NCBI GenBank assembly: GCA_026991575.1
Contig: JALXBF010000131.1
Location: 1-47,465, forward strand
Reading direction: 5' to 3'
DNA length: 47,465 bases
Source: Planctomycetota bacterium
Lineage (GTDB): Bacteria; Planctomycetota; Planctomycetia; JALXBF01
The notes beneath the pieces are model-generated. The model saw nothing but the letters and a program-made list of their open reading frames with translations, was not told the DNA's origin and searched no databases. The translations under genes and the position numbers were made by a program. Of this stretch, positions 8,166 through 17,676 are shown piece after piece (position 1 is the stretch's first letter; each line of letters opens with the position of its first letter).

Positions 8166-9605
8166 ATGGTTGAGCGTGAAGTCCATGTGGACGTAGCCGT
8201 CGTCGGTGCCGGTCCAGGTGGTTATGCAGCGGCGTTTACGGCCGCAGACCACGGCCTTCGCGTCGCCCTGATCGATCGCGAGTCTGATCTGGGGGGTGTC
8301 TGCCTGCTACGCGGGTGCGTTCCATCCAAGGCGCTGATCGCTGTTGCCCGGCTCGTTGAGCAGCTGCGCGCAGGAGCCGCGTGTGGCATCCGATGTTCGG
8401 GTGGCGTGACGGTCGACTTGCCGCAGCTGAAGCATTGGAAGGACGGGATCGTAACCAGAATGGCGCGTGGCTTGCGTGAGCTGGCTCGCGCGCGCCGCGT
8501 AACGGTGCTCCGCGGTACCGCACGCCTTCGCAGGGACATTGTCCCGAAGCTTGTTGTGACCCGGCCCGACGGCAACGTCGATCTCATTGCTGCCCGCCAC
8601 GTGGTGCTTGCGACCGGCTCAGAACCGGCCGTGCCGCCAGCCGTTGAGCTGGACGGACGGGTTGTCGTGACAAGTGAGCAGGTTCTGAATCTGGAGCGTT
8701 GCCCGCGCCGCGTGCTGGTCATCGGCGGCAGCTACATCGGGTTGGAATTGGGCCGGTGCCTTCGCACGTTCGGCGCGGACGTTACGGTGGTGGAAATGCT
8801 GCCGACTATCCTGCCGGGCTTCGATCCGGATCTGGTACGGCCGGTGGAGCGGCGGCTGAAGAAGCTGGGCATCGGGCTGCGGCTGAACACGCGTGTCGAG
8901 CAGGTGCGGGTAGTGGGCGACGAGGCGGAAGTGCGGTTTGCGGGCGGCCACGCCGTTGCCCGCTATGACCTGGTGCTCGTAGCCACGGGACGTCGACCGG
9001 CCACAGCGTCGCTTGGCCTGGCCGAGGCGGGGGTGCTATGCGATGAGAGAGGGTTCGTGGTGACGGACGGCAGCATGCGGACGTCCCGGCCCGGGGTGTA
9101 TGCGATTGGTGATTGTCGTGGTGGTCTGATGCTGGCGCACAAGGCACGGGCTGAGGGGGTGCAGGTGGCACGGCAGCTGGCCGGCAAGCCGCCTCGGGCC
9201 GACGCGCCCGTGCCCGCGGTGGCCTTTACGGACCCGGAGGTGGCCTGTGTCGGGATGACCGAGCGGCAGGCCGAGGCGTTGGGGTTGGTGCCTGAGGAGG
9301 TGCGCATCGAACGGTTCCCGCTGGCTGCCGTGGCGCGGGCTGCGATTGCCGGTGCCCCAGACGGGCTGGTCAAGGTGGTGGTGGAACGCGGGTCAGGTCG
9401 GGTGCTTGGCGTGGGGGTCGTGGGGCCGGAGGCGGGTGAGCTGATTGCGGAGGCGTCGCTGGCGGTGGCGGCCGGGGTGACGGTGGCTGAGTGGGCCGAG
9501 ACGATTCATCCGCATCCGTCGCTGGCCGAATCGTTCGAGGAGTTGGCCGCGTTGGTGGAAGGCAGCACGGTGCATCTGTACAAGCCGCCCCGCGCACGAC
9601 GTTGA
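8166..9605 (+). CDS. lpdA: Dihydrolipoyl dehydrogenase
   Basis: GAGPGGY, GGVCLLRGCVPSKAL redox disulfide, MLAHKA, IHPHPSLAE; RBS AAGGAG before ATG 8166. Confidence 0.88.
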   Translation: MVEREVHVDVAVVGAGPGGYAAAFTAADHGLRVALIDRESDLGGVCLLRGCVPSKALIAVARLVEQLRAGAACGIRCSGGVTVDLPQLKHWKDGIVTRMARGLRELARARRVTVLRGTARLRRDIVPKLVVTRPDGNVDLIAARHVVLATGSEPAVPPAVELDGRVVVTSEQVLNLERCPRRVLVIGGSYIGLELGRCLRTFGADVTVVEMLPTILPGFDPDLVRPVERRLKKLGIGLRLNTRVEQVRVVGDEAEVRFAGGHAVARYDLVLVATGRRPATASLGLAEAGVLCDERGFVVTDGSMRTSRPGVYAIGDCRGGLMLAHKARAEGVQVARQLAGKPPRADAPVPAVAFTDPEVACVGMTERQAEALGLVPEEVRIERFPLAAVARAAIAGAPDGLVKVVVERGSGRVLGVGVVGPEAGELIAEASLAVAAGVTVAEWAETIHPHPSLAESFEELAALVEGSTVHLYKPPRARR

Positions 9606-9625
9606 CCGCGGCATGGTTGGCTGGC

Positions 9626-9674
9626 TTGCTGGCGGGTAGGGAGCTGATTATTATGTGACTGACTGGTCAGTCAC
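9626..9674 (+). promoter_or_regulatory. Sigma70-type promoter with adjacent palindromic TetR-type operator
   Basis: TTGCTG (9626-9631), 17 bp, TATTAT (9649-9654), then immediately the inverted repeat GTGACTGAC-TG-GTCAGTCAC (9655-9674). Confidence 0.75.
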
Positions 9675-9691
9675 CGAACGGAGCCCAGACC

Positions 9692-10339
9692 ATGGCAACC
9701 AGGACCAAGCGGCCAGTGGGCAGACCGCCGGACGAGCTGCTCAGGGCCCGACGACGACACGAACTGCTGCACGCCGCCATCGAAGTCTTCGCCCGCCAGG
9801 GCTACCAACGCACCGAGGTGCAGCAGATTGCCGATGCCGCCGGCGTGGCCAAAGGCACCGTCTACCGCTACTTCCCGTCCAAAGAAGCCCTGTTCCTCGC
9901 AGCTGCAGACTACGCCATGCAAGCCCTCACCCAGTGTGTCGACGAAGCCGTGCAGGCAGTCGAGGACCCGATCGACCGCCTGCGCACCGCCGCCCACGCC
10001 GTGGCCGACTACTTCCAACGCTACCCCGAGCGGATCGAGCTGCTCGCCCAGGAGCGTGCGGAGTTCCGGGGCGAGATCCCCCCGACGCACCTGATCTATC
10101 GCGAACGTCGTCGTGAACGATTCGAAGCCACCATCCGACGTGCGATCCAACAAGGACGGCTGCCCCAGGTCCGGGTCCGGTCCCTGGCCAACGCCCTCTA
10201 CTACCTCCTGTTCGGTGCCATCCTCTGCGGCAGCGTCGAGCGCACGCCACGACAGTTGCGCAAAGCAGTGTGCGAAGCCTTCGACGCGGTGCTCGCCGCA
10301 CTGGACCGAGGCCAACCGAACCAACAGCCAACGGGCTAA
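9692..10339 (+). CDS. TetR/AcrR family transcriptional regulator
   Basis: HTH region AAIEVFARQGYQRTEVQQIADAAGVAKGTVYRYFPSKEALF. Confidence 0.93.
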   Translation: MATRTKRPVGRPPDELLRARRRHELLHAAIEVFARQGYQRTEVQQIADAAGVAKGTVYRYFPSKEALFLAAADYAMQALTQCVDEAVQAVEDPIDRLRTAAHAVADYFQRYPERIELLAQERAEFRGEIPPTHLIYRERRRERFEATIRRAIQQGRLPQVRVRSLANALYYLLFGAILCGSVERTPRQLRKAVCEAFDAVLAALDRGQPNQQPTG

Positions 10340-10344
10340 CCGGT

Positions 10345-11721
10345 ATGAAACACACTCTGCTGCTAGTGACGAACCTGCTTGCAGCGGTCTTCGTCCTGGC
10401 GATCACTCCCGGCTGCAGCCGTAGCCGGGCCGATCAGGATACGGTTGCACCCTTGATGGCCGAGCCCGAACCGATCACGGTGCGGGTCCAGCCGGTGCGC
10501 TCTGCGGTTGTCGAGGAACCGTTTGAGGCCATCGGGAACCTGGTGCCGCTGAAGCGGTCGGTGATCTACACGCAGGTGGATGGCACGGTGCGCTCCGTAG
10601 CGAAATCCCCGCGCCCGTTGCCCGTGGTGGTCGACGGCAAGCGGATCGACTATCCGCTGAGTGTCGACATCGGTGTGCCGGTGCGCAAGGGCGACGTGGT
10701 GATCCAGTTGGAGCCGCGCCCGTACGAGTTGGCGGTGCGCGAGGCCGAAAAGCGGCTCGCCCGCGCACAGCGGGAACTGGCCAGGCTGCTGGCCTGGCAG
10801 CGCCCCGAGGAAATCCGCCAGTTGCGCGCTGCCGTCGAGGCGGCCGCCGCCGAATTGAAGCTCGAACAGAGCACGCTGGAGCGGTATCGACGGCTGCGGG
10901 AACAAGGCGCAGTGAGCGAGGAGGAGTTTCAGCGCCAGGCGACGCGGGTCCAGTTGGCTGCAGCTCGTCATGAACAGCTCTCCGCTCAGCTTGCCATCGC
11001 GGAAGCGGGACCGACCCCCGAAGAGATCGCCGTGGCGGAGGCGGCAGTCGAACAGGCCGAGGCCGCGCTGGCACTGGCCAAGTACCGCTTGGAGCGGACC
11101 ACCGTGCGCGCCCCCTACGACGGGGTGATCACCGAGTTCTTCGTGGCCGAAGGGGAGCACGTCCTGGCGGCGCCGCGGACCAAGCTGTTCGAAATCGTCA
11201 TGGACCAGATCCTGGTCGCTCAGGTCAACGTGCCCGAGCGGTACCTGGGCCTGATTGCGCCGGGCGACAAGGTCACGCTCCGTGTCGTTAACCGAGATGA
11301 GCCGTTCGAAGGCACTGTGGCGTTTGTCAACGGCAAAGTCGACCACCTGACCAGGACGTTCCGCGTGCGGATCGGGGTCGATAACCGCAGCCGCACGCTG
11401 AAGCCCGGACAGTACGTCCGGGTCCGGTTCCGGCTGCGCTCGCAACAGCCCGGGCCGGTGGTGCCTGTCGCAGCGCTGCGGTACGAAGAGGGCGATCCGG
11501 TTGTCTACGTGCTGGACGGCAACGTCGCCCGCAAGAGGCACATTCGGCTCGGATTGCAGGGCAGGGCGGTGGCGCAGGTGATCGAGGGCCTTGCCGCCGG
11601 AGAACCGCTTATTACCGATCCGGTGGACCTGCTGGCCGACGGGATGCCGGTCCGGCTGGCCCACCAGGACCGCAGCAATGCCGGTGAACCCGTGGCGCGC
11701 AACACGAACGCGCGGCAATGA
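10345..11721 (+). CDS. RND efflux periplasmic adaptor (membrane fusion protein), probable lipoprotein
   Basis: Signal ending ITPG-C, long alpha-hairpin, TTVRAPYDGVI lipoyl half, VDHLTRTFRVR..LKPGQY. Confidence 0.88.
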   Translation: MKHTLLLVTNLLAAVFVLAITPGCSRSRADQDTVAPLMAEPEPITVRVQPVRSAVVEEPFEAIGNLVPLKRSVIYTQVDGTVRSVAKSPRPLPVVVDGKRIDYPLSVDIGVPVRKGDVVIQLEPRPYELAVREAEKRLARAQRELARLLAWQRPEEIRQLRAAVEAAAAELKLEQSTLERYRRLREQGAVSEEEFQRQATRVQLAAARHEQLSAQLAIAEAGPTPEEIAVAEAAVEQAEAALALAKYRLERTTVRAPYDGVITEFFVAEGEHVLAAPRTKLFEIVMDQILVAQVNVPERYLGLIAPGDKVTLRVVNRDEPFEGTVAFVNGKVDHLTRTFRVRIGVDNRSRTLKPGQYVRVRFRLRSQQPGPVVPVAALRYEEGDPVVYVLDGNVARKRHIRLGLQGRAVAQVIEGLAAGEPLITDPVDLLADGMPVRLAHQDRSNAGEPVARNTNARQ

Positions 11722-14700
11722 ACCTGTCACATGGAGCAATTCGCAGGCCGGTTGCCACGCTGATGGCCGCCTCGGCACTGGTCGTCTTCGGGCTGATCTC
11801 CTGGGGGCGGCTACCGGTGAGCCTGTTCCCAGACGTGGACATCCCCGTCGTTACGGTCACGGTCATCTACGAAGGGGCCGCACCGGAGACGGTCGAGACC
11901 GACGTTACGGATGTCATCGAAGAGGCGGTGAACACGATCGGCGGCGTAAAGACGATTCGCTCGGAGAGCACCGAGGGAATGGCACAGATTTTCATCGAGT
12001 TTGAGCTGGAGACCGACGTGGACGTCGCCGTCCAGGAGGTCCGCGACCGGATCGCAGCCGTTCGTTTTGACCTGCCGCCGGAGATCAAACCACCGATCAT
12101 CGAGAAGTTCGACCCGGACTCGGCGCCCATCCTGGCAATTGTGCTGGCCGGTCCTGCGCCGATTCGGGAGCTGACGCGATTCGCCGACGACATCCTGAAG
12201 CCTCGCCTCGAGGCGGTGCCGGGCGTCGGTGCGGTGCGCATCGTTGGGGGACGCGAGCGAGAGGTGCGCATCTGGTGCCGGCTCGACGACCTGTACCGCT
12301 TTGGCATCACCGCCCAGGACGTGGTCGACGCGCTGCGCAGCGGACACGTCGAAGTGCCGGGGGGGCGATTGGAGTTGGCCACGCGCGAGATTGTCGTCAA
12401 GACCGATGCCGAGGCCAGACAGGTGTCCGACTTTGCCAACATCGTGATCGCCTATCGGAACTTCGTGCCTATCTATCTGAAGGACGTTGCCACGGTAGAG
12501 GATGGCGAGGAGCCGGCCCGTAGCCTGTCGCGGTTGAACGGTCAACCGGCCGTGTCGTTAATGGTGCGGCGCCAGTCGGGCACGAATCTGGTGGCGGTGG
12601 CCGAGCGGGTCAAAAAGGAGCTACGGCGGATTCAAGCGGGGGGGCTTCCGGAAGGCTACACGCTGACCCTTGCTCAGGACCTCAGCGTCTTCGTACGCCA
12701 GTCGGTGGCTGAAGCGCAGCGTGAGCTGTTCCGCGCAGCGCTACTGGCTGTGCTCGTCGTGCTCGTGTTCCTCCGATCGCTCCGCGGGGCCTTCGTGGTT
12801 GCGATGACGATCCCCACGACCATCATCGGCAGCTACGCGGCCATGTACGCGTTCGGCTTCAGCGCGAACATGATGAGCATGCTCGCGCTGACGATCTCCG
12901 TCGGCATGATCATCGACGATTCGATCGTAGTGCTGGAGAACGTCTACCGGCACATGGAAGAGGGCCAGGGCCCGTTGGCGGCAGCTTTTGCCGCGATGCA
13001 TGAGATCGGCTTTGCGGTCGTGGTCACCTCCGTGGCCATCTGCGCCGTGTTCCTACCAGTGGCCTTCATGCGCGGCATCGTGGGCCGTTTCTTCTATGAG
13101 TTTGGCCTGACGGTGACCTTCGCGGTCGTCATCTCAACGACGGTGGCCCTGACGCTGTCGCCCATGCTCTGCTCCCGCCTGCTTCGGCTGGGGACCGCCA
13201 ATAGCCGACTGGTTCGCTGGAGCGAGTTGCTGTTTGTGGCCATCGAGCGGGGCTATGCGCGTGCGATCGCCTGGGTGTTACGGCTCCGCTGGCTGACACT
13301 GCTGGCCGCGGCGGCTTTCTTTGCGTTCAGCCTGACGCTCGCCGGCCGGCTCGGCAAGGAATTCGTCCCCGAGCAGGATGAGTCGCAGTTCAACGTGCAG
13401 GTGCAAACACCCCTTGGATCGACTCTCCAGCAAACGGCTGCGATCACAGAGGAGCTGGAGCGTCGACTGCGCAAACTGCCGGGCGTCCGATCGCTGTTTA
13501 CCACGATCGGTGCCGGGATGGAGGGCCGCGTCAATGTTGCCACGATCCTGGTTCAGCTGGTGCCGCGTGAGGAACGGCCGTTGAGTCAACAGCAGATCAT
13601 GCAGCTTGCACGTCGCCAGCTTGCCCCGTTCACGCACCTGAAGATCAGCGTCGAGAACATTCCGCGCGTCAGCGGTGGCGGTTTCCGGGCGGCACCGATT
13701 CAGTACAACCTTCGGGGGCCGGATCTGGACCAGTTGGTCCGGCTCGCACGCCGCACGGCTGAACGCATGCGCCGCGTGCCCGGCATCGTGGATGTCAATT
13801 TGAGCTATGAGTCCGGCAAGCCGCAGCTTCAAATCGTCCCCGACCGGACGCGGGCTCGAGATCTGGGGTTCGACCCACGCAAGATCGGCCGCACAGTGCG
13901 CCTGCTCGTGGGGGGCGAGGAAGTTGCCGAGTACGAAGAGGGCGGTAAGCGCTACGACGTACGGCTCCGGCTGGCCGGATCGGACCGCGAGCGGGTGCAG
14001 GCGGTCCGCATGCTGCCTCTGAGGACCGCAACAGGCGATCTAGTCCAACTGCAGCAGGTGGCCGACGTGCGGCTCGCAGTCGGTCCGATGCAGATCGACC
14101 GTCAGGACCGTCGTCGCCAGGTCACCGTGATGGCAAACCTCGAACCGGGCATGCCGCTCGGGCAGGCCATGGCCCGCATCCGGGAGCTGGAGCGAACGGT
14201 GCGGATGCCGGCAACAGTGGAGACGGTCTTCACCGGTGCAGGGGAGCTGATGACGGAGTCGTTCGAGAGCATCAATTTCAGCCTGTTCCTGGCCGTCGTA
14301 CTCATCTACATGACGCTCGCCGCCCAGTTCGAGAGCTTTGTCCAACCGCTGGTCATCATGGTCTCGCTGCCGCTGTCCGTTGGTGGTGCCTTCGTCGCAC
14401 TGCTGTTGGCCGACCGTACGCTGAACGTTTTCAGCATGATTGGCATGATCATGCTCATGGGGCTCGTGACCAAGAATGCCATCCTCCTGATCGATCGCAC
14501 CAACCAATTGCGCCGCGAAGGACTCGCGCCGGATGATGCCCTGCGGAAAGCCGGTGCCCAGCGGCTCCGGCCCATTCTGATGACGGCACTGTCGACCATG
14601 GCCGGCATGCTGCCCGTGGCTCTGGGCACGGGAGCAGGATCGGAGACCCGTGGTCCGATGGGACTGTGCGTGCTGGGCGGTATGATCAGCTCCACGCTGC

Positions 14701-14780
14701 TGACGCTGTTTGTCGTCCCGGCCCTCTACAGCGTGTTGACGCGGCACGGTGGCGGTAACCAGAAGCCGGTGGCAGGCTAG
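11718..14780 (+). CDS. RND efflux permease (AcrB/AcrD/AcrF, HAE1 type)
   Basis: AIRRPVAT, GMIIDDSIVVLEN, GLVTKNAILL, RLRPILMT; 1020 aa; ATGA overlap with the adaptor gene. Confidence 0.94.
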   Translation: MNLSHGAIRRPVATLMAASALVVFGLISWGRLPVSLFPDVDIPVVTVTVIYEGAAPETVETDVTDVIEEAVNTIGGVKTIRSESTEGMAQIFIEFELETDVDVAVQEVRDRIAAVRFDLPPEIKPPIIEKFDPDSAPILAIVLAGPAPIRELTRFADDILKPRLEAVPGVGAVRIVGGREREVRIWCRLDDLYRFGITAQDVVDALRSGHVEVPGGRLELATREIVVKTDAEARQVSDFANIVIAYRNFVPIYLKDVATVEDGEEPARSLSRLNGQPAVSLMVRRQSGTNLVAVAERVKKELRRIQAGGLPEGYTLTLAQDLSVFVRQSVAEAQRELFRAALLAVLVVLVFLRSLRGAFVVAMTIPTTIIGSYAAMYAFGFSANMMSMLALTISVGMIIDDSIVVLENVYRHMEEGQGPLAAAFAAMHEIGFAVVVTSVAICAVFLPVAFMRGIVGRFFYEFGLTVTFAVVISTTVALTLSPMLCSRLLRLGTANSRLVRWSELLFVAIERGYARAIAWVLRLRWLTLLAAAAFFAFSLTLAGRLGKEFVPEQDESQFNVQVQTPLGSTLQQTAAITEELERRLRKLPGVRSLFTTIGAGMEGRVNVATILVQLVPREERPLSQQQIMQLARRQLAPFTHLKISVENIPRVSGGGFRAAPIQYNLRGPDLDQLVRLARRTAERMRRVPGIVDVNLSYESGKPQLQIVPDRTRARDLGFDPRKIGRTVRLLVGGEEVAEYEEGGKRYDVRLRLAGSDRERVQAVRMLPLRTATGDLVQLQQVADVRLAVGPMQIDRQDRRRQVTVMANLEPGMPLGQAMARIRELERTVRMPATVETVFTGAGELMTESFESINFSLFLAVVLIYMTLAAQFESFVQPLVIMVSLPLSVGGAFVALLLADRTLNVFSMIGMIMLMGLVTKNAILLIDRTNQLRREGLAPDDALRKAGAQRLRPILMTALSTMAGMLPVALGTGAGSETRGPMGLCVLGGMISSTLLTLFVVPALYSVLTRHGGGNQKPVAG

Positions 14781-14951
14781 GCCGTGCACGTCGCTCGGGC
14801 CACGAACACCGCACCCTCGGGCCGATGTGCGACGGTGCCAGCAGTGCACGCGGGCTGCCGGGCGTCGGCGGGCTGAGGCGTCCGCGCGGCCGGGGTGCAT
14901 TCGGTGCACGTCTCTAGAATGTTGCGGGGGACAGTGACGGAGGCGCGACGC

Positions 14952-16349
14952 GTGAACACGAAGCGGGTGCACGTGATTGGGGCAGGGCTTGCCGGTACGG
15001 AGGCAGCGATGGCGGCCGCGCGGCAAGGCGTGCGGGTGGTGCTCTACGAGATGCGGCCGCGGAAGATGACGCCCGCCCACCGTTCCGGCAAGTTCGCCGA
15101 ACTGGTCTGCTCCAATTCCCTGGGCGGTGAGCAGCCTGCCAATGCCAAGGGGTTGCTGCAGGCTGAGATGCGCCGCGCGGGGTCGGTCGTCATGTGCGCC
15201 GCGGACACTGCACGCGTGCCTGCCGGCGGCGCACTGGCCGTGGACCGGGAACGGTTCGCGGATCAGGTAACGGCCCTCATCGAAGCTGAACCGCTCATCG
15301 AGGTCCGTCGCGAGGAGGTCACCGAGCTGCCGCCCGACGGGATCGTCGTCCTCGCCACCGGGCCGCTGACCTCCGACGCACTGGCCAACGCACTGCGTCA
15401 GATCATCCCCGCTGAACACTTCCTGGCCTACTACGATGCGGCGGCACCGGTTGTACTGGGCGAGACCATCAACTATTCGATCGTGTTTCGCGGTGGCCGA
15501 TTCGAGCAGCCCGACGACTACCTGAACTGCCCCCTGACGGCCGAGGACTACAAGCGGCTGCACGAGGCGATCCTGCAAGCACGCAAGCACGTGCCCCACG
15601 AATGGGAGCACCTGGAGTACTTCGAGGGATGCATGCCCATCGAGGAGCTTGCCCGCCGTGGCTACCTGACCTTGCGCTTCGGTCCGCTGCGTCCCGTCGG
15701 GCTTCGCGACCCGCGCACCGGCCAGGAACCGTTTGCCGTGGTTCAGCTCCGCCAGGAAGACCTGGCGGGGCGGCTGTGGAGCCTGGTCGGTTTTCAGACC
15801 GGGCTGAAGTGGCCCGATCAGAAGACGATCGTGCGCACGATTCCTGGCCTGGAACAGGCCGAGATCGTTCGCTACGGCGTGATGCACCGGAACACATACC
15901 TGAACGCACCGGCTCTCCTGGATGCCACGCTGCGCATGCGGCACCAGGCGCGGCTGTTCGTTGCGGGCGTGCTCTGCGGGGTGGAGGGCTATCTGGAGTC
16001 GGCAGCGACCGGTTGGCTTGCCGGACTGAACGCCGCGCGCGTCGCCCAGGGACGGGAGCCCGTGGTGCCGCCGGAAGTGTCCATGCTTGGGGGCCTGGTC
16101 CGGTTCCTGGCCACGGCACGCCCGGAGAACTTCCAGCCGATGAATGCCAACTGGGGCCTGGTGCCGGCCGTGCCGGGTAGAAAGAAGGACAAGCGTGCTC
16201 GGAGAGCGTCCATGTACTACCGCGGCGTGACAGCGTTCGAACAGTGGCTGCGCTCGATCGGTTGGACGCCCGCGCATGTGGCCGATACGGCGGCGAACGC
16301 TGCTGCGGTGGAGGCCGCCGTGCTGAAGGCCGACCCAGACGCACAGTAG
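14952..16349 (+). CDS. trmFO: Folate/FAD-dependent tRNA (uracil-5-)-methyltransferase TrmFO (Gid)
   Basis: VIGAGLAGTEAA, AELVCSNS, VPAGGALAVDRE, YYDAAAP, YGVMHRNTY, GVEGYLESAA, FQPMNANWG. Confidence 0.95.
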   Translation: MNTKRVHVIGAGLAGTEAAMAAARQGVRVVLYEMRPRKMTPAHRSGKFAELVCSNSLGGEQPANAKGLLQAEMRRAGSVVMCAADTARVPAGGALAVDRERFADQVTALIEAEPLIEVRREEVTELPPDGIVVLATGPLTSDALANALRQIIPAEHFLAYYDAAAPVVLGETINYSIVFRGGRFEQPDDYLNCPLTAEDYKRLHEAILQARKHVPHEWEHLEYFEGCMPIEELARRGYLTLRFGPLRPVGLRDPRTGQEPFAVVQLRQEDLAGRLWSLVGFQTGLKWPDQKTIVRTIPGLEQAEIVRYGVMHRNTYLNAPALLDATLRMRHQARLFVAGVLCGVEGYLESAATGWLAGLNAARVAQGREPVVPPEVSMLGGLVRFLATARPENFQPMNANWGLVPAVPGRKKDKRARRASMYYRGVTAFEQWLRSIGWTPAHVADTAANAAAVEAAVLKADPDAQ

Positions 16350-16421
16350 CCGTGCCTGGCCTTTGCCCGTGTGAGAAATGGGATCAGTCGGAAAGCGTGC
16401 CGAATTGCGTGAGAGCAAGAC

Positions 16422-16937
16422 GTGAGGCGAGTCCACATCATCGGTCGTAAGAACAGCGGTAAGACAACGTTGATCACCGAATTGGTTCGTTACCTGTCGG
16501 CCCGCGGCTACCGCGTCGGTACGATCAAACACACCCACCACCAGCACGAGCTCGATACCCCGGGCAAGGATTCGCACAGGCATCGCGAAGCTGGGGCGGC
16601 ACCGGTGGGAATCATCGCGCGGAACATGACGGCGGTCTTCTGTCCCGCCACGGAAGGTGAACCGAAAGAAGAGCGGTATCGCCGCATGGCACCGCTATTC
16701 GCCGGCTGTGACGTGGTGCTGGTCGAAGGGGATCTCCAAACGGATCAGCCAAAAATGGAGGTCTGGCGCGCAGCAACGGGCAATGAGCCCGTAGCGTGTT
16801 CGGACAGCTCGGTCCGCTATCTGATCACCGACGACGAGCCTCCGCCATGCGCAACACCGCGCCTGCCACGAAGCGAGCTGTCGGCGGTAGCGCATGCTGT
16901 GCTGGAACTTGCAGGACTAAACATCCGGACGGACTGA
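16422..16937 (+). CDS. mobB: Molybdopterin-guanine dinucleotide biosynthesis protein B
   Basis: GRKNSGKTTL, GTIKHTHH, DTPGKDSHRHREAGA, DVVLVEG. Confidence 0.9.
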   Translation: MRRVHIIGRKNSGKTTLITELVRYLSARGYRVGTIKHTHHQHELDTPGKDSHRHREAGAAPVGIIARNMTAVFCPATEGEPKEERYRRMAPLFAGCDVVLVEGDLQTDQPKMEVWRAATGNEPVACSDSSVRYLITDDEPPPCATPRLPRSELSAVAHAVLELAGLNIRTD

Positions 16938-17307
16938 GCTGGTGACCGATCAGATCCCGGCAGGGCGTTGCGGCGTGTACCCGCCCTACCGGTCCCACGG
17001 GCTCTGGTGGCTGCAGCACCACCTCATTTCCGTGACCATCCAGGTCCTGGCCGGTTGGGCTGGTAAGGTGCGGATGGTCGCTGGCCGTCGTGCCTGGCGA
17101 GACTGGCGTGGGCCATAGCAGATCGCGGCGGATGAGCGGACGTATGCGCTGGACAGCCGGCGGCAATGGGCTATGGTTGAATGACGTGTCTTGGGGCGCG
17201 CAATGGTGCGTCGCCGCATCCGTCGCTGATCGGGGGGCCAAGCGGGGGATACGGCCTCGGGGGACACGCCATCGTCTGAGTCGCCATCGTCCGGGGGAGG
17301 TACAGAG

Positions 17308-17676
17308 ATGAGCATCATGTCGCAGGTACGGCCCGACCCAGGCGGACCGACTCCGCTGTTTCACAGTCGATCTGCCGTCCTGGCTGCGCTAGCGATCATT
17401 GCCGTCTGTTTCTTCTTCCTGGGCCGGGGGGCCGCCGGCCCCGCTCCTGCGCCGGGCCAGCATCAGGTCAAGGTTGTCGTCTCGGGCGAGCGTGGCTGGC
17501 AAGGCCCAACCGGTTCGCTGAGCACGCTGGTAAGCTCTGCCGGCCGCACCCTGCGCGTGGGCATCTTCTCCAAGATCCGCCTGCCAGGCGGCGTGCCCGC
17601 TCACCTGGCAGGCATGATCCTCTGTACCGTCCTGGCTGGCATCGTGCTGATGAGCAGCCAGTTTCGATTCCGTTAG
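17308..17676 (+). CDS. Hypothetical membrane protein (2 hydrophobic segments)
   Basis: RBS GGAGG before the ATG; two TM-like stretches; the stop overlaps the convergent gene's stop. Confidence 0.6.
   Translation: MSIMSQVRPDPGGPTPLFHSRSAVLAALAIIAVCFFFLGRGAAGPAPAPGQHQVKVVVSGERGWQGPTGSLSTLVSSAGRTLRVGIFSKIRLPGGVPAHLAGMILCTVLAGIVLMSSQFRFR

Noticed and set aside
10363..11778. 471-aa minus-strand ORF
   Set aside because: Antisense shadow of the RND adaptor gene.
14784..14973. CRISPR mini-array interpretation of the 60-bp periodic motif
   Set aside because: The repeat is only 7-12 bp, the last copy is inside trmFO, and there are no cas genes.
14040..16583. 847-aa minus-strand ORF
   Set aside because: Antisense shadow of the RND permease, trmFO and mobB; no motifs; expected in high-GC coding DNA.
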